From contig NC_009925.1 of the NCBI RefSeq assembly GCF_000018105.1, forward strand, positions 150,001 to 182,000: a stretch of 32,000 bases of DNA, in the 5' to 3' direction. The position numbers were made by a program, and so were the translations under genes. The stretch comes from Acaryochloris marina MBIC11017. Its GTDB lineage: Bacteria; Cyanobacteriota; Cyanobacteriia; Thermosynechococcales; Thermosynechococcaceae. Position 1 is the first letter of the stretch; the number at the start of each line of letters is the position of its first letter. Shown here piece after piece: positions 24,801 through 32,000 of the stretch. Under the pieces are notes generated by a model, which had not been told where the DNA came from, ran no database searches, and saw only the letters and a program-made list of their open reading frames with translations.

Positions 24801-25451
24801 CTCAACATTGTCCAAGATCAGCAAACAGCGACGCTCCTGTAGATGCTGCACCAATCGCGACAACAAATCTGCAATAGATTCAAACACTCTTGTTTCCTGG
24901 TGATGAGAGAGAACTTGAATCAACTGAGACAATAAGGACTCTACAGCAGGGGCATTGCGTAAGCTACGGAAAATGACCGTGTCATATTGATCCTGTAATT
25001 CTTGAGCTAACTTCACAGCCAGAGACGTTTTGCCCACTCCTCCCATACCCAGAATGGTGATCAAGCGGCACTGATCCGTCTGAATCCAGGTGTGCAACGT
25101 AACGAGATCCGCCGACCGACCATAGAACCGGGAAACATCTATGGCCTCTCCCCAATCTTGAAAGTTTGCCGGAGGGGTGGGGGATTGTGATGGGGGCGAT
25201 TGAAGCTGTGAACTACTTTTCTGGACTGGATCGCCAAGATCTGCCACCGTTTGCCAATCTAAATTCAGTTGTTCGCAAAGCTCAACAAAAGTGGCGAAAT
25301 CGACAGGCTTTCCTCTCAAAAAGTTACTGACGGTAGACAAGCTAAAGCCAACATACTCAGCCAAGGAGCGCTGACTGTGGAAGCCACTCCGCTTCAACAC
25401 CACTTTAGTACGGGCAATACAATCACTACGGACACTCAGAGATCTAGACAT
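21876..25451 (-). CDS. STAND NTPase: N-terminal XRE-like HTH, NB-ARC-type P-loop ATPase, 14 WD40 repeats
   Basis: HTH-like SQRSLAEYVGFSLSTVSNFLRGKPVDFATFVELCEQLNL. Box QDWGEAIDVSRFYGRSADL. Walker A GMGGVGKTSL and Walker B LLILDNVES. LLLTSREKP and TGNPLALKI (GLPL-like). Pentapeptide-like VDMSGRDFSEMTIRQADLQGMVLHSTNFANVKF. I counted 14 WD units. The tail is PLYDGMNIAGAMGLTKAQKASLKALGA. Confidence 0.9.
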   Translation of the reverse strand: MSRSLSVRSDCIARTKVVLKRSGFHSQRSLAEYVGFSLSTVSNFLRGKPVDFATFVELCEQLNLDWQTVADLGDPVQKSSSQLQSPPSQSPTPPANFQDWGEAIDVSRFYGRSADLVTLHTWIQTDQCRLITILGMGGVGKTSLAVKLAQELQDQYDTVIFRSLRNAPAVESLLSQLIQVLSHHQETRVFESIADLLSRLVQHLQERRCLLILDNVESILEDCNRAGVYRAGYEGYGQLFKIVGETYHQSCLLLTSREKPQGLNGLEGDKLPVRCHQIQGLSTQAGREIFSAIGTYRGGEEDWSTLIERYTGNPLALKIVATFIRDVFDSNLSHFLSFLQQEPFIFDDIQDLLSQQFQRLSAHEAEVLYWLAIHREPVSYQDIQADILSPTALGELLQTVAALQNRSLIEKSDHFFTLQPVVMEYMTVQLIQEVSTSIQQHQINWLAQYPLVKAQAPVSVVETQRCLIVQPIVDRLLATFGTPEAIIEHIFALIPQLQEQVHLEKGYFCSNLLHLAKVMKVDMSGRDFSEMTIRQADLQGMVLHSTNFANVKFFDSTFSEILDEVKAVAFSPDGRYLAIADQDCKVRVWCAHTYQQLWVGHEHQNAVLSVSFSPDNQTLASASADHTLKLWNAEAGNCLYTFHGHDSEVCAVAFSPDGQLLASGSRDTTLKIWEVNDYTCLQTLAGHQQAIFTVAFSPDNSRIASGSSDKTIKLWDVDEGTCQHTLHGHNNWIMSVAFCPQTQRLASCSTDSTIKLWDGDSGELLQTLRGHRNWVNSLAFSPDGSSLVSGSGDQTIKLWDVNQGHCLHTLTGHHHGIFAIAFHPNEHLVVSGSLDQTVRLWDVDTGNCLKVLTGYTNRIFAVACSPDGQTIASGSFDQSIRLWDRKEGSLLRSLKGHHQPIYSLAFSPNGEILASGGGDYAIKLWHYHSGQCISALTGHRGWIYGLAYSPDGNWLVSGASDHVIKVWSLNSEACTMTLMGHQTWIWSVAVSPNSQYIASGSGDRTIRLWDLQTGENIHTLKGHKDRVFSVAFSPDGQLVVSGSFDHTIKIWDVQTGQCLQTLTGHTNGIYTVAFSPEGKTLASGSLDQTIKLWELETGDCIGMFEGHENEVRSLAFLPPLSHADPPQIASGSQDQTLRIWQMNSRACQKILKVKPLYDGMNIAGAMGLTKAQKASLKALGACEHFMADTLE
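23713..23720. repeat. HIP1 palindrome GCGATCGC
   Basis: Exact 8-mer read in sequence. Confidence 0.95.
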
Positions 25452-25847
25452 GCGTCATCCCAAAAAAAGTTGGCTAATTCGGTCCTATCGGTAGATGGTT
25501 CTGTTGCAGGTCTCAATGGGATCTGGACAGCTAGGGCTCAAGTTCTTCTGCTGCCTAAGAAGCTTTCTCTCAAAAAAGGGGTATAGATTTAGTTTTTTGA
25601 AGCATAATTTTTACTCCAGAAAAATGATATATCTGACCTCTATTAATGGTTTAGACCAATACTCTAAAGGGCTTATCCTGGCAAGTTCCATATATTGAAT
25701 GGTTCCTTTTATATCTAACGTTTATTCTGCAAAAAATCAAAAATAAATTAAGCAATAAGTCAGGTAGAAGTCAGTCATTCTCATGGCTTAAATCAGTCAG
25801 CTATGTCGTTTGATAGTAAATATCAAGTCTTTGATTCACTCAAATCT

Positions 25848-25881
25848 TCAATTCTATTGGTTTAACTATCAATAGAATTGA
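25848..25881. repeat. Perfect 12-bp inverted repeat (10-nt spacer) in an AT-rich divergent intergenic region
   Basis: tcaattctattg (25848-25859) and caatagaattga (25870-25881) are exact reverse complements. On the plus strand they are followed by gattgttttta. Confidence 0.7.
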
Positions 25882-26195
25882 GATTGTTTTTATCTAGATA
25901 AAACTAAATTCAAGGGGAAGATATTTCTATCCTAACCATGAATGAATGGCACAGATTTTTACCCAGGTGCCAAAGAGATAGGAACGAAGAACCTTACTTC
26001 TTAGCTCTTGCTCAGCCATGAAAGCTGACAAACAGATTTCATCAAGTTTTGACTCGGTGTTCCCTATTTCCAATTAGCGCAAATATTTGAGATTCGCGGT
26101 TGGTTCAGATTTGCAGGTGCTTGCGCCTCAAGCTGAAATTCAATGGGCGAAATCAAATGACACTCAATTTCTAATGGTTACAGGGAGATAAATCC

Positions 26196-28244
26196 ATGGC
26201 TTTATTTGAAGGAACAGGCGATATTTCATCTGTGGTAGCCGATTTTCAGGCAGCATTAGGTGGGCCGAACAACGGCAATACGTTTGGCCCAGTTGCCAAC
26301 GGCAGACGAGAAATTAATTGGGATGCCAATATTGTCCCTTTTGACATGCCTGCTGATTTTTTCAACAAAACCGTTACCCGGGGTGCAGAGTTTGTGACCA
26401 ACGCCGGATCTGAGTTCCGAGTAAGCAACCCAGACCCGAGTGATCCAGGTGCCCCAGATGATGAATTTGACAGTATTAATGCCACCTACCCAGATCAGTT
26501 TGATACCTTTAGTGAATTTCGACTGTTTACCCCTTCGGGGTCAAATGTGACAGAAGTGGAATTTTTTGTGCCCGGCTCTGATGTTCGAGCAACGTCAAGC
26601 GGGTTTGGGGCGGTCTTTACGGATGTTGACTTAGCTGACAGCACCAAGATTGAGTACTTTGATATCGATGGCAATCTTCTCCAGTCTGAGTTTGTTAATC
26701 CTGACCCTCAAGGGTTGTCATTCTTGGGGGCAACCTTTGAAGAAGGCAATTTATACAAAGTCAAAATTACCAGCGGCAATACTCCCATTGGAGCCAATGA
26801 TGATCCTGCCAATGGGGTAGATGTGGTTGTCATTGATGACTTGCTCTACGGGGAGCCCCAAGCAGCCGAAACGCTGGATGGTGATGACGGTGACAACGTC
26901 CTTACCGGGACACCTGGGGGAGAGTTTATTCGAGGTTTCGGAGGGAACGATGCCATTCTGGCCTTTGGCGGCAATGACATTGCCCAAGGAGGCGATGGAA
27001 ATGACGTTATTAGCGGTGGAGATGGCAGCGACTTCCTAGATGGGGGCGCTGGAGATGACACCGTTATCGGTGACAAAGGGGATGACACCAAACTCGGGGG
27101 CGATGGTAACGATCGGATTATTTGGAATGATGGTGATGGATCTGATCGGATTGATGGCGGCGCAGATATGGACACCGTCGAAGTCAATGGCAGCCCTGAT
27201 TTAGGCGATGAGTTTGAAGTGGCCGCTGGAGCCAGCGATGTGTTTTTTCAACGGGTCAATCTGGGTCAATTCGACTTGGATATTAGTACCGTTGAGACCC
27301 TAGAAGTGAATAGTGATGGTGGAGACGACCAATTCACCGTTGGAGATCTGTCTGGCACTGGGCTAGAAAAAGTGGTTTTCAATGCCGGGTATGGTAGCGA
27401 TGTCCTGGAAGGTGCGGACGCGACCACTGATGTACAAGCATTGGGCGGCACTGGCGACGATACCTTCACCAGTGGTTCGGGGAATGACACCCTGGAAGGA
27501 GAAGGTGGCAATGACTCTCTTGCTGGCGGCAATGGTGATGATCAGCTCTTGGGTGGTGAAGGGGATGACACCCTTCGAGGTGGCAATGGCAACGATCTCA
27601 CAGACGGTGGCAGTGGGAACGATACGGCTGATTTTAGTGATATTCCCTTTGAGATCAGAGCGGATTTAAATACGGGAAAAGCTCAATACGATGTGGCCCC
27701 AGGTGTAACCGTCGAAGACACATTAGTCAGCATTGAAAACTTGACGGGTAGCACTTTTAATGACCGACTAGCAGGAGATCGCAATGCCAATATTTTGGAT
27801 GGTGGAGATGGCAATGATCGCTTAACGGGTCGTCGAGGAGCCGATACGCTTCTAGGAGGCAACGGAGATGACAACTTAATCGGTGGTAGAGGAGCCGATA
27901 GGCTAGTTGGTGGCGCGGATAAAGATGTCTTGCTGGGCGGTCGAGGAGCTGATGACCTCAATGGTGGAACCGGCAACGATCTGATGCGAGGCGGTCGAGG
28001 GGCTGATGTCTTTCGGTTTGAACGTGATCTCCTAGACGGCATCGCTGATCGTGATGTTATTCTGGATTTCCAAGCCCAGGATGCCTTCAATTTCGATGAT
28101 TACCTGGGTGCTGGCGGATCCGTTACCATCTCAAGAATTACGGGCGGCTTAAATATTGATTTGAGCGGAGAGGATACCATTATGGTTTTTGGTAGCCGAA
28201 GTGCCCTTAATGCGGCAGAAGCCCAACTGGAAGCATTGGTCTAA
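26196..28244 (+). CDS. RTX-type calcium-binding repeat protein (probable type I secretion substrate) with an unassigned ~220-aa N-terminal domain
   Basis: Three blocks of GGxGxDxUx nonapeptides (e.g. GGDGNDVISGGDGSDFLDGGAGDDTVIG and GGNGDDNLIGGRGADRLVGG). There is no N-terminal signal peptide, and the C-terminal region is acidic and repeat-free. GGGAG lies 8 nt upstream of the ATG. Confidence 0.85.
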   Translation: MALFEGTGDISSVVADFQAALGGPNNGNTFGPVANGRREINWDANIVPFDMPADFFNKTVTRGAEFVTNAGSEFRVSNPDPSDPGAPDDEFDSINATYPDQFDTFSEFRLFTPSGSNVTEVEFFVPGSDVRATSSGFGAVFTDVDLADSTKIEYFDIDGNLLQSEFVNPDPQGLSFLGATFEEGNLYKVKITSGNTPIGANDDPANGVDVVVIDDLLYGEPQAAETLDGDDGDNVLTGTPGGEFIRGFGGNDAILAFGGNDIAQGGDGNDVISGGDGSDFLDGGAGDDTVIGDKGDDTKLGGDGNDRIIWNDGDGSDRIDGGADMDTVEVNGSPDLGDEFEVAAGASDVFFQRVNLGQFDLDISTVETLEVNSDGGDDQFTVGDLSGTGLEKVVFNAGYGSDVLEGADATTDVQALGGTGDDTFTSGSGNDTLEGEGGNDSLAGGNGDDQLLGGEGDDTLRGGNGNDLTDGGSGNDTADFSDIPFEIRADLNTGKAQYDVAPGVTVEDTLVSIENLTGSTFNDRLAGDRNANILDGGDGNDRLTGRRGADTLLGGNGDDNLIGGRGADRLVGGADKDVLLGGRGADDLNGGTGNDLMRGGRGADVFRFERDLLDGIADRDVILDFQAQDAFNFDDYLGAGGSVTISRITGGLNIDLSGEDTIMVFGSRSALNAAEAQLEALV

Positions 28245-28274
28245 ATACCTAATAGCGAAGTAAGTTGAAGCCAT

Positions 28275-28307
28275 ACAGAGGAAGCTAAATCCCCTAGCTT
28301 CCTCTGT
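28275..28307. terminator. Bidirectional hairpin terminator between the convergent RTX gene and pstB
   Basis: A perfect 13-bp stem (acagaggaagcta / tagcttcctctgt) has a 7-nt loop and is followed by tttctt on the plus strand. It sits in the 81-bp gap between the two stop codons. Confidence 0.75.
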
Positions 28308-28325
28308 TTCTTGCGAATGCTTGCA

Positions 28326-29153
28326 TTAACCAAACCGACCTGAGACGTAATCGCGGGTGTAGTCTTGCTTGGGATTGGTGAAGATGGTGACGGTATCGTT
28401 AAATTCCACCAAATACCCCAGCTTGCCGCCCTGGTCAGTGGCTTCGGCATTGAAAAAGGCCGTTTTGTCTGACACTCGAGAAGCCTGCTGCATGTTGTGA
28501 GTCACAATCACAATGGTGTATTGCTCTTTTAGCTCCTGCATGAGTTCTTCAATGCGCAGGGTAGAGATGGGATCCAAGGCTGAGCAGGGCTCGTCCATGA
28601 GGATGACTTCGGGCTGGATTGCGATCGCACGAGCAATACACAACCGCTGCTGCTGTCCCCCCGACAGGGAAAGTCCACTATCCTTGAGCTTGTCCTTAAC
28701 CTCATCCCAAATGGCAGCCTTACGCAGTGAGCCTTCTACTAATTGATCCATATTGCCTTGGAAACCATTGATGCGAGCACCAAAAGCAATATTCTCGTAA
28801 ATAGATTTTGGGAAAGGATTGGGTTTTTGAAATACCATGCCAATCCGACGCCGAACTTCTACCGGATCGACCTTTTTGCTGTATAAATTCACCCCCCGGA
28901 AAAAAACATTACCCTTGACCTTGGCGCCAGGGATCAAATCATTAGTTCGGTTAAAGCAGCGTAAAACGGTGCTTTTGCCACAACCAGACGGCCCGATAAA
29001 AGCGGTGATTTGTTTAGTCGGAATATCTAAGAAAACTTCACGCACAGCCGGAGTAGAACCGTAATAAACGGAAACCCCTTCCATCTTTAACGCGGGCTGT
29101 TCAGTAACTGGACTAGAATCAGAGGTCATAGGTGAGTCGGCAAGGTTAGTCAT
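28326..29153 (-). CDS. pstB: Phosphate ABC transporter ATP-binding protein PstB
   Basis: Walker [13 protein letters not shown] signature LSGGQQQRL, Walker [13 protein letters not shown], and the PstB-typical C-terminus DYVSGRFG. Confidence 0.95.
   Translation of the reverse strand: MTNLADSPMTSDSSPVTEQPALKMEGVSVYYGSTPAVREVFLDIPTKQITAFIGPSGCGKSTVLRCFNRTNDLIPGAKVKGNVFFRGVNLYSKKVDPVEVRRRIGMVFQKPNPFPKSIYENIAFGARINGFQGNMDQLVEGSLRKAAIWDEVKDKLKDSGLSLSGGQQQRLCIARAIAIQPEVILMDEPCSALDPISTLRIEELMQELKEQYTIVIVTHNMQQASRVSDKTAFFNAEATDQGGKLGYLVEFNDTVTIFTNPKQDYTRDYVSGRFG
28621..28628. repeat. HIP1 palindrome GCGATCGC
   Basis: Exact 8-mer read in sequence. Confidence 0.95.
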
Positions 29154-29280
29154 GGGGTCGCATCCACAAGCTTATCAGTGAGCGTAAATCTATTGTTCTT
29201 AATTCACCTTAAGGAACACAGCTTATTACTCGGTTAAGAAATAAGGTCATGTGTAAATTTTCCGCAAAGGATGATGTTCG

Positions 29281-30216
29281 TTACAACTTTTGATTCTGGA
29301 ATTTATTACGAAGCAGAATAGCGGTTGTATTCATAAGCAACAGGACCACTAACAAAATAATGATGCCTCCAGCTGCAATCGGCTCAAATGATTTCTGAGC
29401 TCGGGCAATCCAGACATAAATTTGGATAGGCAGTGCAGTAAAGTCTGATTGCAGCCCTTCAAGAGATAAAGGGGGGGCAAAAGCGATATATCCCGCAGCA
29501 CCCACTACTAAAATAGGAGCTGTTTCGCCAATGGCACGAGACAGGGCCAGAATGGTTCCCGTCAAAATACCGGGAAGAGATTGGGGAAAAACCAGGTCCC
29601 GAATAACTTGCCAGCGCGTTGCCCCTAGGGCAAATCCTCCCTGGCGCAAACTACTAGGGACCGCTCGCAGAGCCTCACGGGTACTGACAATAATAATGGG
29701 CAAAATTAATAAAGCTAACGTTAAGCCTCCAGCTAGGACACTGCTGCCACCCGTAATTGGACGCATAATGTCCACAAAAACCGTTAGTCCCAACAGACCA
29801 TAGACAATAGATGGGACTGCTGCCAAATTTCCAACATTAATTTCGATAATCCGAGTAAAAAGGTTATCGGGGGCAAACTCTTCTAGAAAGATGCCAGAAC
29901 CCACACCGATAGGAAAAGCAACTGCTGCAGTAATGCAGAGGAGCCAAACAGTACCCATCAGCGCTGGCCAAAGCCCAGCTTTTGCAGCTTTACGGGAAGG
30001 GGGACTGGTTAAAAAGTCAACACTCAGACTGCTAGCACCGTCAGAGAGCACATCGAATAGCAATGTCGCCAATACCACCAAACTAATAATGGTGGCCAGC
30101 CACGTCAGGGCCTCAAAGAAACGATCCCATCGATATCTGGTATCAAGGGCAGGCTTAAATTGTGAATTTTCACTGTCTTCCAGACCGGGTAAATCCTTGG
30201 GATTTGATAAAGTCAT
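29281..30216 (-). CDS. pstA: Phosphate ABC transporter permease PstA
   Basis: Six-TM permease with the EAA-like loop SRAIGETAPILVVG. Its position lies between pstC and pstB. The start overlaps the pstC stop (ATGA). Confidence 0.9.
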   Translation of the reverse strand: MTLSNPKDLPGLEDSENSQFKPALDTRYRWDRFFEALTWLATIISLVVLATLLFDVLSDGASSLSVDFLTSPPSRKAAKAGLWPALMGTVWLLCITAAVAFPIGVGSGIFLEEFAPDNLFTRIIEINVGNLAAVPSIVYGLLGLTVFVDIMRPITGGSSVLAGGLTLALLILPIIIVSTREALRAVPSSLRQGGFALGATRWQVIRDLVFPQSLPGILTGTILALSRAIGETAPILVVGAAGYIAFAPPLSLEGLQSDFTALPIQIYVWIARAQKSFEPIAAGGIIILLVVLLLMNTTAILLRNKFQNQKL

Positions 30217-31154
30217 TCGTATTTCTCCTGGAAACGGCGGACAAACCAGAAGCTAAAGACATTCAGGCAAAAGGTGATCAGAAACAACGTCATCCCAACG
30301 ACAAACAAGGTTTTATAACCAATCGTGCCGACCGGATTGTCACCAAAGGTGGCCTGAACTATAAACGAAGTCATAGTTTGCACCGAAACCCGTGGATCCA
30401 GGGTCAGCACTGGGGATGCACCAGCAGCAACCGTGACAATCATCGTTTCCCCAACGGCACGGGAAATAGCCAGTACGCAGGAGGCCACAATCCCTGACAA
30501 GGCAGCAGGTAGAACGACCCCGGTTACGGTTTCTCGCTTCGTTGTCCCTAATGCATAAGATCCTTGCCTAAGACTTTGGGGAACCGCATAAATGGCATCT
30601 TCACTGAGGGAGGCCACCAAAGGCATAATCGCGAAGCCCATCACCATACCCGCACTCAGAGAGTTAAAAATCTTCAAACCTGGAACGAATCCCTGGAGTA
30701 ACGGTGTGACGAATAACAAAGCAAAATACCCGTAGACCACGGTAGGAATACCGGCTAACACTTCCAATGCCGGTTTCAACCATCTACGAACATTGGGGGA
30801 GGCATATTCACTCAGACAAATTGCAGCCAATAGACCAATTGGTAATGCCACCATCAACGCGATCAGCGAGGTCATAAAGGTCGCGCTGATCAAGACAAAA
30901 ATACCGAATTGATCACTAAACAAGGGGGTCCATTGCGTATCGGTTAAAAACCGAATCAAGGGAATCTCCTTGAAAAACTCAAAGGTTTCAAAGATGAGGG
31001 TGCCAACAATGCCAACGGTGGTGGCAATGGAAATTAGAGCGAAGCTGGCAAACAAATATTTAACGATTCGTTCAGACCATACGCTCAATCCTCGTTTTGG
31101 CCTCCACAACTGTGAGTCATTAGGTGGGGGGAGTGAGGTGGATTCAGTATGCAT
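30213..31154 (-). CDS. pstC: Phosphate ABC transporter permease PstC
   Basis: Permease with the loop SRAVGETMIVTVAAG, downstream of pstS. ATG 31154 (MHTEST) is preferred; the track start 31160 is TTG. Confidence 0.9.
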   Translation of the reverse strand: MHTESTSLPPPNDSQLWRPKRGLSVWSERIVKYLFASFALISIATTVGIVGTLIFETFEFFKEIPLIRFLTDTQWTPLFSDQFGIFVLISATFMTSLIALMVALPIGLLAAICLSEYASPNVRRWLKPALEVLAGIPTVVYGYFALLFVTPLLQGFVPGLKIFNSLSAGMVMGFAIMPLVASLSEDAIYAVPQSLRQGSYALGTTKRETVTGVVLPAALSGIVASCVLAISRAVGETMIVTVAAGASPVLTLDPRVSVQTMTSFIVQATFGDNPVGTIGYKTLFVVGMTLFLITFCLNVFSFWFVRRFQEKYE

Positions 31155-31249
31155 ATTCAAACCAATCAGGTTATCTCAATTCTCCAATTACTCAGGGATT
31201 CTGAATAGAACTACCTGCCCAAACAGAATCCCTAGGTGAGTGGCGTTAA

Positions 31250-32000
31250 TTAAAGAACGTCACTCAATTTAACGCCAACTGTCTTTCCGTCAGGGAAAAT
31301 GGTTCCAGTCTTTCCTTCCTGGGCACGGGCCAACGCCTTGCCATAGATATCATCTGGCATGGGGAAGTAACCCACATCAGCGACGAGTTCCTTGTTCGCT
31401 GGATCCAAGTAAAACTCAACGAAGGACTTCATTTCGGGACGATCCATAGCCGTCTTGCTGACATAAATGAAGAGAGGGCGCGCTAGAGGAGAATAGGTTC
31501 CATCCAGAACAGTGGCATCACTAGGGGTGATACAACCATCTCCCCCATCAATTTGAACTGCTCTGAGAGAATCCTTATTTTCCTCATAGTAGGAATAACC
31601 GAAGTAGCCCATGGCATTCTTGTCGCCAGCAACACCACGGACAATGGTGTTGTCATCTTCACTAGTGGCAAAATCGCCTCGGCTCCCTTCTTCGTCAGTA
31701 ATCGCTTCATTGAAGTAATCAAAGGTACCTGAGTCTGTACCCGGTCCATAAAGGGTTAGAGGGGCATCTGGATACTTAGAATTGACCTGATTCCACTTAC
31801 TAATCTTGCCTTGAGCACCCTTTGCCCAGGCGGTCTTTAACTCGTCGACAGTCATACATTCCGCCCAATCATTATCCTTATTGACAACAACAGACAGGGC
31901 ATCATAGGCAACAGGTATTTCGATGTACTCGATATTTTTTTCCGCACACAAATCTATTTCTTTTTGCTTAATGGGGCGGGATGCATTTGAGATTTCAGTT
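31250..32000 (-). CDS. pstS: Phosphate-binding protein PstS, 5'-partial (start lies beyond right window edge)
   Basis: GTDSGTFDYF and GYFGYSYYEENKD are PstS hallmarks. The frame is open to position 32000, so the track Met at 31951 is internal. It is the first gene of the pstSCAB operon. Confidence 0.9.
   Translation of the reverse strand, partial: TEISNASRPIKQKEIDLCAEKNIEYIEIPVAYDALSVVVNKDNDWAECMTVDELKTAWAKGAQGKISKWNQVNSKYPDAPLTLYGPGTDSGTFDYFNEAITDEEGSRGDFATSEDDNTIVRGVAGDKNAMGYFGYSYYEENKDSLRAVQIDGGDGCITPSDATVLDGTYSPLARPLFIYVSKTAMDRPEMKSFVEFYLDPANKELVADVGYFPMPDDIYGKALARAQEGKTGTIFPDGKTVGVKLSDVL

Noticed and set aside
14176-25451. Near-identical intragenic WD40 repeats (concerted evolution or hypervariable cassettes), and many antisense or alternate-frame ORFs inside the two STAND genes (e.g. 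14659..14883, 15129..15494, 15973..16221, 22904..23086, 23574..23777)
   Set aside because: The WD units are conserved at the protein level (AFSPDGQ.LASGS.D.T[IV][KR][LI]WD) but clearly diverged at the DNA level, so there is no evidence of recent repeat homogenisation. The short ORFs are embedded in a continuous 1200-codon frame.
26246-28450. Pro/Ser-rich antisense ORFs inside the RTX gene (26846..27187, 27266..27532, 27683..28090 and others), and ORF 28241..28450 overlapping the pstB 3' end
   Set aside because: They are typical artefacts of GGxGxD-encoding GC-rich repeats read on the opposite strand (giving PPS/SPP runs). They have no starts with an RBS and are fully nested in strongly supported genes.
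29531-31239. Plus-strand ORFs antisense to pstA/pstC (29531..29803, 29891..30256, 30162..30497, 30970..31239)
   Set aside because: They are nested antisense within well-supported permease genes and have no motifs.

Overview
This is a cyanobacterial chromosomal segment. The HIP1 palindrome GCGATCGC occurs 9 times, and the gene content (PAO/Tic55-type Rieske oxygenase, DUF1400 proteins, very large WD40 STAND proteins) agrees. I saw no rRNA, tRNA or CRISPR array by eye. Left part (1-13.8 kb): a partial exported protein, then a tight VanY-type peptidase / HEAGH metalloprotease-like / aminotransferase operon. Next comes a ~380-bp patchwork of decayed gene fragments copied from three other loci in this same window. 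It is followed by a K+ channel, two tandem DUF1400-like exported proteins, a PAO/Tic55-like Rieske oxygenase, one IS630-family element with TA target duplication, a ZIP-like membrane protein, a CPA1 Na+/H+ antiporter, a Coq4-family protein and two small or helical proteins. Centre (14.2-25.5 kb): two convergent ~1200-aa STAND NTPases (N-terminal HTH, NB-ARC-type ATPase, 14 WD40 repeats) bracket a minus-strand cluster exbB-exbD-exbD-pstS-tonB-like. Both exbB and the embedded pstS are preceded by TTAA-core repeats matching the cyanobacterial SphR Pho-box consensus. The TonB-like protein keeps the SxxxH anchor and a (KP)n spacer but has a non-canonical C-terminal domain. I consider this candidate phosphate-starvation-linked TonB/ExbBD-PstS module, with its flanking HTH-STAND proteins, the most interesting system here. 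Right part: a 744-bp AT-rich intergenic region, an orphan RTX calcium-binding protein, a bidirectional terminator and a canonical pstS-pstC-pstA-pstB operon whose pstS runs off the right edge. All product calls come from motifs read in the translations; no database search was possible.
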